A DNA stretch of 64,000 bases from Podarcis bocagei (taxonomy: Eukaryota): the NCBI GenBank assembly GCA_964188305.1, contig OZ076894.1; one strand, written 5' to 3'. A program made the position numbers and the translations under genes. This document shows positions 12,775-27,700 of this stretch, piece by piece (position 1 is the first letter of the stretch; every line of letters starts with the position of its first letter). The notes under the pieces are model-generated. The model did no database searches and was not told the origin of the DNA. It was given only the letters and a program-made list of their open reading frames with translations.

Positions 12775-15700
12775 GTAAGAATGCGGACAATACACAGCCA
12801 TGTAGAATTTTTTTTTACAGGAGAAATGCTACAGTATTAGTCTCAGAGAAATAAGGCAGACCAAAGAGATGAGTTTGTGCTTGTACTGATGTGATCTAAT
12901 ACCAGTGCCAGAGCATTAAAACTTTTAATTTACTAAGAAATTTCTGCATATGTTGAGAAATGCAAATATTTCACATTTCAGTAGGGAAGGGATGCAAAAC
13001 CTTGGCCCTGTTGATATTGCTGGACTCTAGCTCCAATCATTCTTGGACAGCATGACCAGTGGTGAGTGATCAAGGGAGTTGTAGCCAACAACACCTGGAA
13101 GGGAAAAGGTTCCTCATCCCAGACCCAGCTGTGCTACCCAAGGAATAAAGAAAGGGAAAAAATTGTTGAGTTGTAGCTAGGTGTTAAAAATGAAAAAGAC
13201 AGCTCTGACAGCTCAGTGAGATGGAATTTTCACAACTCTATCAATACCTAGCAAACCTCCCACCCATCCCTTTTCTTACCTTTTCAACTTGTCCTATGCA
13301 GGGGCTATAAGCTAATGTGGCAATGTGTGGCAATCAGCCATATCAGCACAGTTGTCTGCAATATAGCAAGAGTTTTAAAATCGCTACAGTAGAGCTTCTT
13401 TGAATTAGAGGGTATAAGTCGAACTAAGCTTGTTTTCATTGCTGAATTTGAACAGGCTTGGAGGGAACAGTACACATCCCAAGGCCTGTGTGGAACTTTC
13501 TGAAGAATTTGTAGCAAATTGTGCTCATATTTCTTTTTTTGCTTTGTGCTGTTGTTTTTCCATTGTGTTGAGATAAAAGCATTGTCCCTAAGCTCTGGCA
13601 TATTATCTTATGCTTTCTAGGCCAGTTGTTTGGGGTTTTGGTGGTTTGTGTCACTTTGAAGATGTTCATGGGCCTAGCGAAGTCATTGCTCAGCTCTGGG
13701 CCTCTGGTGAACACTTCAGCAGTTCTTATGTGTGTGGTGATGTTTGTTTTGAGATTGCAAGGCCTTAGCCGAAGTCCATGAGAATTTGAAGTTGGTGGGT
13801 AGTTCAAAGGCAACTATCTGCTGCTATCTTGCTGTTTAGTTTGAAAAAAGATATATGCTTTTCAATGTGGCAATAAAGGCCCATTGTTTTTCATTTTGAT
13901 GTGTATACTGGCTAACTCTATGGGATGACTATGTTGTCTGAAATTTGCAGCAATACAGTTTAGTGTGGCAGTGTCAGAAATGTCCTGTTCTACTTCATTT
14001 ATTGCCTCTAAGCCCTTGAATGAAATGTTTGTAGGGGGCCATGTGCTGTTTCTCACCTTGCTTCTGTTTGGGCAGGAAGAAAGTCAGAGATACTTGAGGG
14101 AGGAAAGGGCCCCTCTACCTTACAGCATCTTCTCGCTGTGGGTATACATGCAAGCACCCTTCCTCATTTGTTTACTGTATGTGTTTATGGGAAGTGGATT
14201 CTGTCCGCTGGCCACATCTGTTGATGTATCCCTGCTTAGCCATGCACCCTTGGCAGTCACACATTTAGCACTGGTGAGAAAAGGACAGGCGTTTGCACAG
14301 CTTCTCTACTATGGACCAGTCAGCATTCCCAGTTTAAAGGAATAGCCTTGTGTGTGTGGTTCTTTCTGACGGACACCATATTTGTGGCAGCTACGGGAGG
14401 GGTACCTAATGGGCTTGCTAGGTATGTGGCCAGCAGGAACAATCCTGTTCCCCTTTTCACACATTAATGTGGGAAGGGTGCTTGTATGTACACCCACAGT
14501 GAGAGGCTGCTATAAGGTAAGAGAGGGAGCTTTTTCTCTCATCCCTGACATCCTTCAACATCTCTGGCATTGGTGCTTGCAGGCCAGCCACTTGCTCTCA
14601 GTACAACCATCCCCATTCATACTGATGCAGCTGATCAAACTTCTATACAGAAGATGGGATTAGATTTGAGGCCTGCTTTATTATAAAGCTAATATTTGTC
14701 TATTTGGATAATACAAAAATGATTTTATCAGTATGCCTTGGTTCTTTAGAGATTTGGACTTTCTGCATTTAAGTAGTACAGCTTCCATATTAAAAAGTGA
14801 TGGAGCCCTCAAAAGAATCAAGCTGCTGTTTAGGCAGTGTTCTCTTTTATTTATTCCTTTACTTCATAAAATTTATAAACCGCTTAATTGTAGAAAAACC
14901 TCAAAGCGGTTTACAAAAACAATAAAGCAGTAAGATTATTGGTAATACAGCTATTGCAAACAGCATCGTTTATCTGGTTAAAATTTTGAGCCCGCTTGCA
15001 AAGCTGCCAAGCCTCATTAAGTTCGAATAGGAGGATGGATACTTTCTTTATTGCTTACTGCAAAAATAAAGATACTAAAGTAACGTTTCATTGCATTCTG
15101 CCAACCAAGAGCTGGTTAGCTCAGTACCTATTCTAATCACATGAGTATAGGATAAAAATGTAGCATGTAAACAGAGCAACAGTGGAAATCATGCATGGCA
15201 GTCCCCTGCGTAGGGCGCATGAAAAGGCGCATGAAAAGGCGCATGTGGGAAATGGGACATGCAAAAAAAGTTGCACTTTTAACGGGACTTGAAAAATGAA
15301 CTGAGCAGTGTCAGAAATCAGACTTTACAAATATTCTTGTACTGTATTCATTGTAGTTATCCAGGGTTGTAATGATGCTAGGGGGAAAAGCTAGAAGAGA
15401 AGTAGTGGGAAATTGCTCTTTTTGTAGAGTCTACTTTTTTCTGCACATGGAATTTCATTTCAAAGTACCTTAAATTATATGCAGTGGAGAGAGAAGGGGG
15501 GGGGGAGAGATACAAAGGGCTTAATTTTCCCTTTTATGTTGCTTCCTTTTTGCTTTCTGGTAGTCTTCAATTTCTAGAATTAAGTGCAAAGAATCTCTGG
15601 TGCAAAAAAATGGGGTGGGGGAAGGAAACCCATTTTTCTTCTTCATAATAAAAACACATTCCTGAGCTTTCCATTTGCTGGCCTGCTTCCATTTGGAATG

Positions 15701-16002
15701 TGCTTTATTTTCCATGTTTGATTTGTAAAAAAGAAATCCTTTTATCTTTCCCATTATGCTAGCCCAATATTGTTCTTGTAGCTTTGTGTTGGCATGTATT
15801 CCTTGGTTTCATTTTGTAATCACTAAAACCTGTGAGATTCCATTAACTAGTCAAGCAGCTATACAATTTTCTATTTACTATTTTAAAATAAAATAAAATG
15901 TTGCTGTAACATGTTATATAACAAATAGTAAAAATGTATTGAGTTTCAGGTGGGATGAAAAACTGCTGTGGCTTGCAGATTACATGCTACAAGAGCTGTA
16001 AA

Positions 16003-16042
<40 letters not shown>
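16003..16042. repeat. (ATT)n microsatellite
   Basis: Directly visible. Confidence 0.95.
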
Positions 16043-19000
16043 GCTTTCAGTTTCTGGATTGTAAAGTAAAATGCCTTACATACCTGTGTGTTAGTTACAT
16101 CAGTACATCTTATCAGTGTAGCTTGTAACCTTCAGTAGCAATACCTGTGTCTGGCATTAATAATTTTGTGTTAAAATAAACAATATGTTGCAGCAAACTA
16201 ATCAACGTAAAACATGTTCTCCGATGTTCCCTGTTTTCTGAGTAAAACACTGCCTATGTTTTCCTTTCTTTATTTTTTAAAGAATGAAGTATATGACCAT
16301 CCTTTCCAGTTTTCTGAATTTTTGAATGAGTTTGAATTGAATTTAATACACAAGAGAATGGGCCTTTTCTGTGGTGGCTCCCTGACTGTGGAATGCTCTC
16401 CCCAGAAAGGCTCGCCTGGCGCCATCATTACATGTATTTAGGCAGAAACATTCCTCTTTACCTGGGTCTATGGCTATTAAATAAGCTGTGGCCTGTGAAA
16501 GTGTGTGGGGAAAGGAAAGGACTGTTATTATGATGGCTACGTAATTATTAGGCTGTGTGTCAGTATGCTTTTTATTATGTTTTTATCATTGATGTTCTGT
16601 AAAATTTTTCTAATGTTGCAAACCACCCTGGGATCTTCTAATAAAGGCTGATATATAAACTGAATAAATGATAATAATAGATCTATTGTGAGATCAAACA
16701 TTCCATCTTTGGTGTGATCCTGTATTTGCCTACTCAGAAGCAAGCCCCATTGAGTACAATTGGACTTCAAGGTAAATTGATTGCCATCTTAGTTTTCTTT
16801 TTTCCCATTAAAAGAAGGTATTTGGCCATTTTAACCACACACCATGTCTGGAAGAGAGTAGCCAAAGCAGTGTCTAATTCCCAGCTATGAAGATTAGGGT
16901 TAAGAGGAAAAGACCATATCACAGAACCATTACCGTACTAGCTAGGCAAGAAATTATATTCATGCGATAAGGGTGCGCAGGGTAAACTTGTTTTTCAGGT
17001 GAATGTGATCACAAAGGCTTCTTTTCACTCATGCGTTGATTTTGCCGGTTAGGCTTGCTTTGTTTATTTTTTTCAGAAGCAATTAAAGCCTTTTAACAAT
17101 GAGGACTTGGGAAAAAATGAGGGAGGCAGAGGAGCTAAAAGGGAATCAAATGCCTGATTCTTAATGTCTTCCCTTCTGCTGTGTACAGAGGGAAATAAGC
17201 AGTTAGTTGACTTTAGTGATACTCTCTGGTGTATGAAAGATATGTCGTTCATGTGTAGCATTTCCTCTCAGATTTCTTTCCTCTACTCTAGACCACTCCA
17301 GGGCCATTCTTGGCCTTGCCTATGATTGCACAGGGTTGACAAAAATGTGAACAAGCCTGTGTATTGTCAGACTACAGATGGCCAACTTACCTTGTGGGGA
17401 GGTTTCCTCATTTCTTAAACATGTTCCAAAGCATTGGTCTTCAAACCAGTAGATTGGGGCCAGCTACTGGGCCACAGCCTGATTTAAGCTGGGTTGCTAC
17501 TGCAGTACAAGTACATGGTTAAAAAGATTAAGAAACGAGTCTCCAAAGCTTGTTTGGGTTAAATGAGAGCTCTGGTTTTGAAAAGGTTGAAGACTGTCGT
17601 ACCGCAATACAGGTGACTGTGGGTTTTGCTTGAACAGATAGATTGTTGTTGTTGCTTCATCCCTAGTTATTTACATTAGATTGAAGACAATAGGTTCTAC
17701 CTGTTCCTCCACTGCAGCACTTTGCCACTACATTTTGCAAAGAGGTGTGGCTTAAAACAACGTGCTTTGGGTAGTGAGTTTTTGTCTTTAAACAGCGTAT
17801 TAGACACACTGTTACCTTATTGAAAGTCAACAGCTCTGGGGCGCCAATCAAAGGGTTGTTCCTTGTGCTGCTGTTCCATTTGGGCAACAGACTTCCGTTT
17901 GCAAAGTGGAATTGCCCCTTCTCTCCCCTGCAGCCCCCTGCGCAGCCTCAAAAGTTTGTTCCAAAGGGTTGGGAGACTCCTGGAGCTGATTTTGAGGGCA
18001 CACTGGGAGAGAAGTAGGAGAGGAAGTCCTGTTGCAGAAGGAGAACTTTGTTTCCAGAGTATGTGACCCAACCCTTTGAATTCTGGCATGCTCCCCCTTA
18101 CCTTGAAGGTATAGCTTAGAAAACCTTGCTGCAGTCAGTTTTTAAATACTACCGTACTTTCCTTCTTCTTCCTGGGCCTAATTGCAATTCCAGAAGCCTG
18201 ATTAATGTTCTGGCACATTTGAACACTTTTTTGACTACTTGATCCAGCCGAGAAATGGCGTGACTTTACCAGTGCTAGAATGTCTAACCCAAATACTGTT
18301 TAAACATGTTAAACAATGGGTTTTGTGAGTCCCTGATTGAAAACGGCAGTATGCTTAACTACAGAGCACTTCTAGATGCGTGTGTGTGAGCATGGATGCC
18401 TCGGAGCCTCTCACAAAGCTTAATGTGCCATAGAGCAGAGCAAGTGCGCCAGCTACTATTTCAGATAAAATGTCTGAAATGAAAGGAGCCAGAGTTGCAT
18501 CTTAAAGGCATATCCAAAGAGACAGGAACAAATGCCACAGAGCAGTAATAGCTTCTTTCACTGAGAGATGACCTCTGCTATCCATTGTACTTCGAAAAAA
18601 TGCAGATGACACTCGGTTACCATAATCCTGAAGAACCTTGTTGTGTTTAGCTATCGGCCCTCCAGCAATGAGTTCTGTGTTGTGTGTTCCAGCAAGCTCT
18701 CCTTGAAAGTAACACACATGCTATGCTGCCTGCCAGAAGCCCCAATTTAATAAGAAAAGAAAGAAAGATGTAGACTAAATCCTTGGATGTTTCTACTGAC
18801 CTATTTGTTTTCTTCTCATACACACCACACACAATTTTTTCCCCTCGCAACATTGCTTTCACGGTTTGAAAGTTAAACTGTGAGTGGTTTTCACAATGTC
18901 CCTCTTATGTTCGTGAAACAATGAAATAATAATTATTAATAATAAATTTATATATCACCCAGCTGCCTGGGTTGCCCCAGCCACTTTGGGTGGCTTCCAA

Positions 19001-19589
19001 CAAATTAAAACATCAAACACAATAAAACATCACACACATTAAAATCTTCCCTATACAAGGCTACCTTCAGATGTCTTATAAAAGTCAGATAATTGTTTAT
19101 TTCCTTGAGATCTGAAGGGAAGGTGTTCTGTTATTTTAGGGTATGTTCGAATGAAGCTCAGAATGCATTAACTTCTTACAAGGTGTAATTTTTAATAGGC
19201 TATATTTTGATCAGTCAAGGTTGCAATTCCTAGCACATGTATGAGGAAATAACTCCATTGACCTTGGAGGACTCTGCTTCTAAATAAACATGCTATATAC
19301 CATGCATGCATGTAGAAAACAGGTCTCCTAAAGAAGCCATAGACATTATGCTTTTGGGGGATACTTTTCCATTGGAAAAAAAATTCCAGCTTTGACTTTA
19401 AAACCATTGCCATGTTTAATACACTGCACATCCTAGCATTTCTATTTAAGCCACTTCAATAGGGCTTGTGTCATTGAAGTGCTTTGAAGGTCGAGGTACT
19501 TGCTGGTGGAAGGTTGTTCTTGCAGCAGAAGGTCCCAAATGCTCTTTCATGCCCCACTTGTGGGTGACTAATAGGCTGATGCTCAGCAA

Positions 19590-19880
19590 GTCGCTCATTA
19601 ACCAAATGAAAAACAGCCAGCAGACCTGATGGGATGCCTGCCGAAGTCTTCAAAGTGGGTGAAACTGAACTTACACAGCAACTTCACAAGCTCATCGAAA
19701 AAATCTGGGAGAGAGACGAGATCCCAACAGACTTTAGGGATGCCAAAATTATCAGTCTCTTTTTAAAAAGGGGACAGAACTCATTGCGGAAACTATCGAG
19801 GCATCTCTCTATTAGCTGCAGCCGGCAAAATTCTTGCAAGGATCTTAGCAAACTGTCTCTTAACAATATCCGAGGTGACC
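19590..19880 (+). mobile_element. RTE-clade LINE internal fragment (region N-terminal to the RT core)
   Basis: PDGMPAEVFK...LHKLIEKIWERDEIPTDFRDAKIISLF, then after a frameshift CGNYRGISLLAAAGKILARILAN. Confidence 0.85.
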
Positions 19881-22800
19881 CACTGCAAATGGCATTTTGA
19901 GGAGATGAGATAGAAGCCTTAGTCTTTTACCTTTCACCCCCATGGTCAAAGTGTTCCTCCTGTAAAACTAGTTGTTGTTCAAGGCCTTTATATTGCCAGG
20001 GCAGGATTGAGTTTGAAAGGGATTTGGGGACAGTCATAATTCTGAGTCTCCCCCTTGCTTGAAAAACTTATGGCATTGATCATATTTCCTTTACTGTTAT
20101 AGAAATTAAACCAGATCCAAAAAGCCATTTACAATATTCAAACACTTCTGCCAGTGCTCCACTAGAAGCCTGCAATGGAGCTGAATGGTTCTGAGTTATC
20201 AGAAGTAGAGACAGGTCTATGGGGAAAAACCACATTTCACTAATTCACTTCCAAGCTTTTCTCCCTAACAATTAGGACTAAGGATTTGCACTCATTTCCC
20301 ACAAACAGAAGTTGTGTGCTGTGCGAGGTCCTGTCTGGCCCTTGCTTCCATTAAAGTATAGTGAGAGTTGAGTTCTCAAAAAACATGTGCATGTAATTAC
20401 ATCTTTGTTACTTATATCACATGCCAGAATTGTGTTTAACGACCTAAAAACTAAAGAACGACACATTTCTTGTGAAAGGTCAGTGTTGTGTCATCTGCTA
20501 TGTTAATGTAACTTCTTTTGTAATGAAGCAAGTGTTTTCAATCACTTGAAGCTGGTCGCTGATCAATTAGGTTAGTGTTCATTTATAGGTAGGTTACCGG
20601 TGGTAAAAGTGAAAGAGCTGTGCTCAATAAGTGATGAAGTGATGCAGAGGACCTCAGGAGTATTGCTATATGGGTTCTGAATGGGTAATATTCCTTTAAG
20701 GATTTGATGCCATACAATAGGATAATAATACCTTTTGATGTTGTAACTGAGATAAAATCAGGGTCACTGGCCGTTATAATTATTCTAGCAGGTAAGTACA
20801 TACTTAGGTTGGAGTTACTTGGTAGTAATCCCATTGAACTCAATGGGACTTTCTTCTTAGTAGATACAGACATGTTGATTATTTTTATTAAGCCTGTGGT
20901 GTTCAAGAGTTCTTAACATTTCCTCAATTGTGACCTTAGGATTATCTGCACTTAAGATCATTAACTGACTTAAGAGTAAATTCTCAATTCAAGATAAATA
21001 TAGTCTTCTCAGTACTGTAGACCAGAAACATGGCCCAACTGTTTTGTTGAAACTGGCCCGAAATCATGTAAATGTCAGTTATTTTGTTTGGTAGAATTAC
21101 ACCTCAGTTAAGATATTTTGGACCGGAATCAATATCCACCCAAAGCTTTAAATACCTAATGCCTTCAGCTATGAGGTGTCCAGAATATGCTTAAACCTCT
21201 TCCTTTGAAATCTGTGCTCCCTCAAAGTGATGGAGTAGTCAGGCATCTGAGATTTTGTCCAAAATGGAACCAGATATAAACAGAGGGTTTTAAAATAAAA
21301 CCAGTTCAAACTTATATAGGAAAGTTACTATGAATGTACTAGTGATGACTAAAATTGTACTGGCAAGGCATTAGGAGTTGTATACTGTTCCATCTTTGAG
21401 GGAACACCTCAAGGAGGTCTGGCAACAAGCCAGAACAGAAAATAAATGTCAAACTCTTAAATCAGGTTAGAAATAAGCTTGCCGTCACAACAGGATCATG
21501 CAGATAAGTGACTGAGATGTCTTAATTACTGGAATGAAAACTGTGAATGCGGGCATTCTGCAAATCATTTTATTTTCTATTTGGGAAAAAAGAAAAATAA
21601 GAAAGTGGTACATGGACTCCTCAATATGCAGATTGGAATGTGCTGAACTGAAACCAGCAAGGATGTGCCAGCTCAATGTGAGACTTCATTTCTGTCACCC
21701 TCATGCTTTATTAAGTCATTGAACATTCCTGTTGCTAGCTGTCAGTTTGATGGATTCTGGAAGCATTTCCTTTATCTGGGTTAGTGAAAATTCGGCTTCC
21801 GACATTGTTGTGTGGGAATTGGCTGCAGAGCACTGATAACTGGAAGTACAATACCAAATATAGCAACAGCCCGTTTTCCTCCCTTCGTCCTAAGACAAAT
21901 GTTCTTGCATCCTCTGAGGAGGTTCTAAAAAGTGTCACTTCACAAAGGTCTTCATACATTGTGTATGTGTAAATGTGAAGGGGAGTGGGGATGAAATCTG
22001 GCCTATTTATGAAAAAGTTACGCCCATTTAAGAAACTCTGCCCTATTTATGAAAAACTTGTGAATAAACTGAAAATATTAAGGGGCCAAGGTATACAAGA
22101 TTTGACTGTACCAATAGAAGAGGCCTTCCCCTTAGCACTCACATTTGCAGACACATGATTGAGAAATGTATTTGCAAAGGTTTATTTTCTGTTTCTGTAT
22201 GGATTTCAGTTAACAATGATATAATAATAGTTGCCAATCTGTCTCTGTGAAAGTGCTGTTGCTTTAAACACTGTGTGCAAGTTTATGTCAGGGTTCGGCC
22301 CTGCCCAGACGTGAAACCTGAGGTCTCCTCAGATATGGAGGAAGGAGAGCTGCCACCCCCATCTATCCTACCAGCAAATCTTCATATATATTGATGATCC
22401 TAAGGAACCATCAGACCTGGACATCCTTGTTGAAGCTACAGCTTTCATCACAGATTCAAGTTCCAGCCTTTCCTGGAAATGCTGTGGATTGAACCTGGGA
22501 CCTTCTGCATGCTAAGCAGATGTTCTGCCGCTGAGCCCCACAGTCTTTCTCTGTGTTCACTGATCTCGGATTCTTGAAAGAAGTACATGTGTGGTCTAAT
22601 AATGCCAAGGTTGCAGGTTCGACCCTTGCATGGGACAGCTGCTTAGTCCTGCATTGCAGGGATCTTAGATGTTTAGATATCGCTTAAAAGCAAGACCAGA
22701 GCCCTCCAAATTTCTGAATTCGTTGTTACCCGCCAGCTAACCATTTTTGACTTGGGTCACTGGATCATGGGTTAGATCTGCTGAAAAGGTATTTAAACGA

Positions 22801-23400
22801 TTCCCATGTTACACTCCTCCTACTATAAGCCTTTTTTATTTTGATGGTTAATTTTGAGACTAAAGACACGAACTCCCTTATTAACGAGAAAATCCTGCTA
22901 AAATTCACAGGACTGCCTCCTGAGTAAGGGCTTTTAGAATGTTGGTCTTTTCACCTGATGTTGTGTACAAGACATGGTTAAAGAGCATTGAAAGCAAACC
23001 CCAAATGCTATCAAGTGAGAACTTCCAAATGGAACAACAAAAGGCCGGTTATTGTTCCTGGGGATTTGAAGGCACTTAGCTTTTTGGCTTATACCCAAGG
23101 AAACCAATTATCTCCTACTGATAACATTCTCTAGAGTGTAATTATTCTTGATGCAACTATATGTACTTGGAAAAAATATTTTTAGTGGGCTGAGTTGTTC
23201 CCCAGAATATTTAAGTGTGCTGATATTTAAATCGTGGATGGTCACAAGTAAAAGGATTTGTATAAGTAAAAGAGCTCACCACATAAACATGCTTGGTGAG
23301 TATATAAGCCAAGTAGCCTGTACTGCCTTGTATTTATAAGGGGGAAAATACCTGTTCTGCCCATGTTCTCTACATTCTAGTTCAGGGATGGGGAGCTTGT

Positions 23401-23758
23401 AAAGGTAAAAGGTAAAGGGACCCCTGACCATTAGGTTCAGTCGTGGCCGACTCTGGGGTTGCGGCACTCATCTCGCTTTATTGGCCGAGAGAGCCGGCGT
23501 ACAGCTTCCGGGTCATGTGGCCAGCATGACTAAGCCACTTCTGGCGAACCAGAGCAGCGCACGGAAATCCCATTTACCTTCCCGCCGGAGCGGTACCTAT
23601 TTATCTACTTGCACTTTGACGTGCTTTCGAACTGCTAGGTTGGCAGGAGCAGGGGCCGAGCAACGGGAGCTCACCCTGTCGCAGGGATTCAAACCGCCGA
23701 CCTTCTGATCAGCATGTCCTAGGCTTTGTGGTTTAACGCACAGCACCACCCACGTCCC
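23401..23758 (-). mobile_element. Full-length Sauria (POM-type) SINE with 12-bp TSD, nested in a short MITE
   Basis: (ACCTTT)n tail reads aaaggtaaaaggt on +; TSD TGGGGAGCTTGT at 23389-23400 and 23759-23770; host MITE resumes to about 23880. Confidence 0.93.
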
Positions 23759-24615
23759 TGGGGAGCTTGTGACCCTTCAGATATTACTATATTTCCAATA
23801 GTCCCAGCGAGCATGGCTAGTGGTCAGGGATGATGGAAGTTGTAGCATAGCAATATCTGGAGGACCACAAGTTTCCCTTCCTTGTTCAAGAATGGAAAAC
23901 CCCCCACTTAGATTCTTTTTCTTTTGAGAGGGTGGGGAGGAAATGCAAAGTCTTTACATGTCTTTCCTCGGCCAGAAAAATTCAGGATCTTACTATCTCA
24001 TTGCCTGCAGTTTGTTATTAAACATGCCACCCTATTCACAGCTTTTACAACAATTTATTTAGCACTGGTAGTGTGCTGGGTGCTTTGAATTTTAAAGCTT
24101 TGGAATAACAAGTAGGCATGCTGTTATTGTGAAGTACTGATTCATTTACTTTTACTCCAGCAGAAGATAGTAACTTGTTCCCTTAGGTTTTAAACTTTTA
24201 AGGAGAATGAAATGGAAAATACTCCTTTCTGGAGCAGATTGTCCTAGCGTATACAATGCTTCCAGTTATAACATTCAGCAGTGCTTTCTTTCTGGGGGTA
24301 CTCAAAGGTACTTAGTACAGTGCAACCTCGGTTGTTGAACACTTTGGAAGTCAAACATTTCGGTTGTCGAATGCCAACAACCCAGAAGTGATTTAGCCTC
24401 GGAAGTCAGTTTTAAAATGCGCCTCGGAAGTCAAACGGCTTCTGAAGCATGTTTCTCCATTTTCTCGATTGCAATTGCCGACTGGCAATTGCGCCTCAGT
24501 TGTTGATCAGTCTTCCGGAATGGATTACAACTGTACTTGGCGCCTTTTTTTTTCCTAGAAGAAAAGCCCTGCCATCTAGTAATTTTATGGTGATTAAAAA
24601 AATAAAAATCAATTA

Positions 24616-25418
24616 CCGTATTTTTTGCACCATAACACTCACTTTTTTCCCTCCTAGAAAGTAAGGGAAAATGTCTGTGCATGTTATGGAGGGAATGCCT
24701 ACGGGTGGCAGGGGGGATCTGCTGCAGTCGTGAGCAGAGGATCCATGGTTCCCCTTCCTTCCCTCCTCCGTGTCTTGCTTTGAAACAGCAAAGCGGGAGA
24801 AGAGCCGCTGAGTGGGGAGGAGAGAGGGACAGAGAGCCTGCTTGCTTTAAAGGAGCAAAGCAGGAGAGGAGAGGAGCCTTCTCCCCTTATACCCCTCTTC
24901 TTCATTATTAGCAGCATCCTTCTCCACCCACCCCACGTGTGCTTCTTCTCCACTTAAACCCCTCTTCTGCATTATTAGCAGCATCCTTCTCCACACACCC
25001 CACACGTGCTCCTTGTCCCTTGAGTGCTTTTCCTTCCCTCCCCACTTAAAACGTGGTTACAAAGCACGGATCCACATGGATCCTCAGGATTTTTGCACTG
25101 GGTCACCCCAAATTCACCATCAGATCACATAGCATGTCCATGGCTACATCTTGCACCAAAAAAATCACGCACCCACTGTTGCCTGGGGCCGCAGTGGTGC
25201 AAAAACGTGGTTACAAAGCACGGATCCACATGGATCCTCAGGATTTTTGCATTGAGCTACTCCAAACTCACTGTCAGATCACATGTCTGTGGCCACAGCA
25301 TGAACCACAAAAATCATACATCCACTGTTTCGTTTAGAATATTTGTTTGTTTGTTTTCCTCCTCTAAAAACTACATGCATGTTATGGTCGGGTGCGTGTT
25401 ACAGAGCAAAAAATACGG
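24616..25418. mobile_element. Non-autonomous Tc1/mariner-pogo (Tc2-like) DNA transposon
   Basis: TIR CCGTATTTTTTGC / GCAAAAAATACGG flanked by TA on both sides; internal tandem duplications. Confidence 0.85.
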
Positions 25419-25536
25419 TACTTGTATGACTACAAAATATAACTTGTTAAAATGCTCACTTCATTAGGAATTTGCATAGATTATTGCAGAAAAGTAGTTT
25501 CAACAATATTTGCACATTCAAAATAGGTTGAAAATT

Positions 25537-27700
25537 GGACTTCCGGGCTGGCGCCTCTGGCAATGGCGCCTCCGATCGGGAGGAACCCGCTCCGTGGAAA
25601 ACAGGGTCTGAACCACCACGGCGAGGCGGAGACCCATCAAAAACCACAGGCGGGAGAAGCCTGTGGACGTGGGATTCGGCTGGCACCTCCACTCGCTGGG
25701 AAACCCTGTTTTGGGGATCCGGAGCGACGTGGGGTGAGTGGCGCGGTTCTTTGAATCGACTGCTTCTTTCACGGAGTGAAGCCGCATTGCTGTTGCCGGA
25801 GAGCGCTGACTTTCTTGTGGACAATTGGATTTCAAACAACTGCCTGTGAGTAGAACGGAAAATTGGACTGTGAAAATTTTTTAATTAGGCACCGAAAGCG
25901 GGAAGGTCTAAACAGGTAGTCCGCCTTCCACTTTTTGTAGATAGATTGAAGCAAAGATACGGCAAGCTAGAGTTCACAAAGTCGTTTGTAAAGGACTAAA
26001 TTTTCATCATTTAAAATTACTGAACCCCCCTTGGAAGCAGGAGAAGAGGGGGAAACTTTTTTTAGACTGTTTAAACCTGCAGAAGAGAGAGTAAAGAAAG
26101 GTAATTTTCCACCGTCTTGAACCTGGGAGCGGGGCGTCAAGACAGGCGTTTTGGAGAAGTTCATTGACTATGGACAAATGTTTTTGACAGATAGTTAAAA
26201 GAATAGAAACATATTGATTCCATTGTTCCCTTTCGCTTTTAAAAGGAACAAAATATTGACAAAATATCTGAAAAAGGAAAACTTTGTTGCTAAATCTGCC
26301 TTAAAAAAAAAAGAGGAGAAAAAAAGACAGATACAAATAGAAATTGCTTCTCCTAGAGGGAGCTTGTGAAACTGTTTTTAAAGTCGAACTGGGGAGTTTT
26401 GCAGCTGTAAAAGATTAAAGATCATGGGACCAGACTTCAACCTTGAACAAGAATGTGCTCAGAGGCTTTGGTGCTTGCCTTTTGCAAGACAGGTGCTTTA
26501 TTGGAACAGTTACATGAGAAAATGGATTTGATGACAGCTGCGATAGGAAATTTTGGACAGGCAGTGGGTACCTATATAGAACCCACTCTGGAATTAACCC
26601 AGGAATGTGCTTTGACAGATGAGATGAGGGAGGAGGCTGTTGCTGGACCTCGGGTGGCAGAGATGGAGGGAGCTGTGGCCCAGCAGGAACATGAGTCGTT
26701 GGACTTGATGAATGAACCTGGAAAGAGTCAGACTTGGAGAGATGGAGTTCTGCTTGGCTTGGAGATGGGGGGCTGGATGGACCCCCCCTATGCAGAGATG
26801 TTTTGACTTTTCAAGTCTGGCTTTAGGCCGGGGGGAGCTCGGAGCTGTGGGGGCCCCTAATTTTGGAGGGGCCTTGAAACATGCCTTTAAATATCACATG
26901 GATTTCAGTGTTGACTATGGAAAAGGGGCTGACTTGTCGAGAAGGGACAAAAATATTGTCAAGTTGGAGTCTCTCAGAGTGAAAGGAGCAGAAGACAAAG
27001 TAAAGTACAGGTATAAACATGAAGAAGACCTGCGGAAGGGACATGGAAAAGACCTAAGAGCCTCGGATATAAGGTCACCAGGTTGATGGACTAGATGGAT
27101 GGGACAGAAAGGACTGACAAAACCCGAGACCAGGAGAAGAAACGATGGATGAAGACTGGAAGAAAGTTTTAAAAATTTATTTAGAAAAGTATCGTAAAAT
27201 TAATGAGTATTAGAAAAATGTTGGAATGAAATTATGTGGCTTTAGCAGAAATGTTAAAAAGAATTATGTAAGAATATGTTATGGTTAAAAGAATTCGGTA
27301 TAAGTAAGATTTAAGTTTTAAGTTTTAGGGTTTTTTATGGTAAGATAAGGTTAAAATAGATTAAGGTAATTTAATGACAGAATATTGCAAAAGATGGAAA
27401 GGATTTGCTGAGATAATTAACAACTAGAATACAAAAAAGGGACGTGTGAGGAGGTCCATGAAATAAGTTAATGAAAGTTAAGGATTTGGGAATATTGGAT
27501 TTGTTTTTAAATTTGTTGTATATTTTTGTTTTTTGATTGTCTTGTATTGTGTGTTTTGTTTTTTCTTTTTGATTTTGGTTTCTATTGTTTAATTGTTACT
27601 TTTAACTACTGTTGTCTTTCTTTTTCTCTTTTTCTTGTTTTTTCCTTCTTTTTTTCTTTGTAACTTTAAAATTTTCAATAAATATCATTTAAAAAAAAAA
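25537..27700 (+). mobile_element. Full-length non-autonomous L1-like retroposon (2164 bp)
   Basis: 18-bp TSD CAAAATAGGTTGAAAATT (25519-25536 and 27701-27718); CpG-rich 5' end GGACTTCCGG...ATGGCG; T-rich 3' UTR; AATAAA at 27677; A10 tail; no RT or endonuclease ORF. Confidence 0.85.

Noticed and set aside
15214-15245. GGCGCATGAAAA tandem repeat (about 2.5 copies)
   Set aside because: A short slippage duplication with no supporting context.
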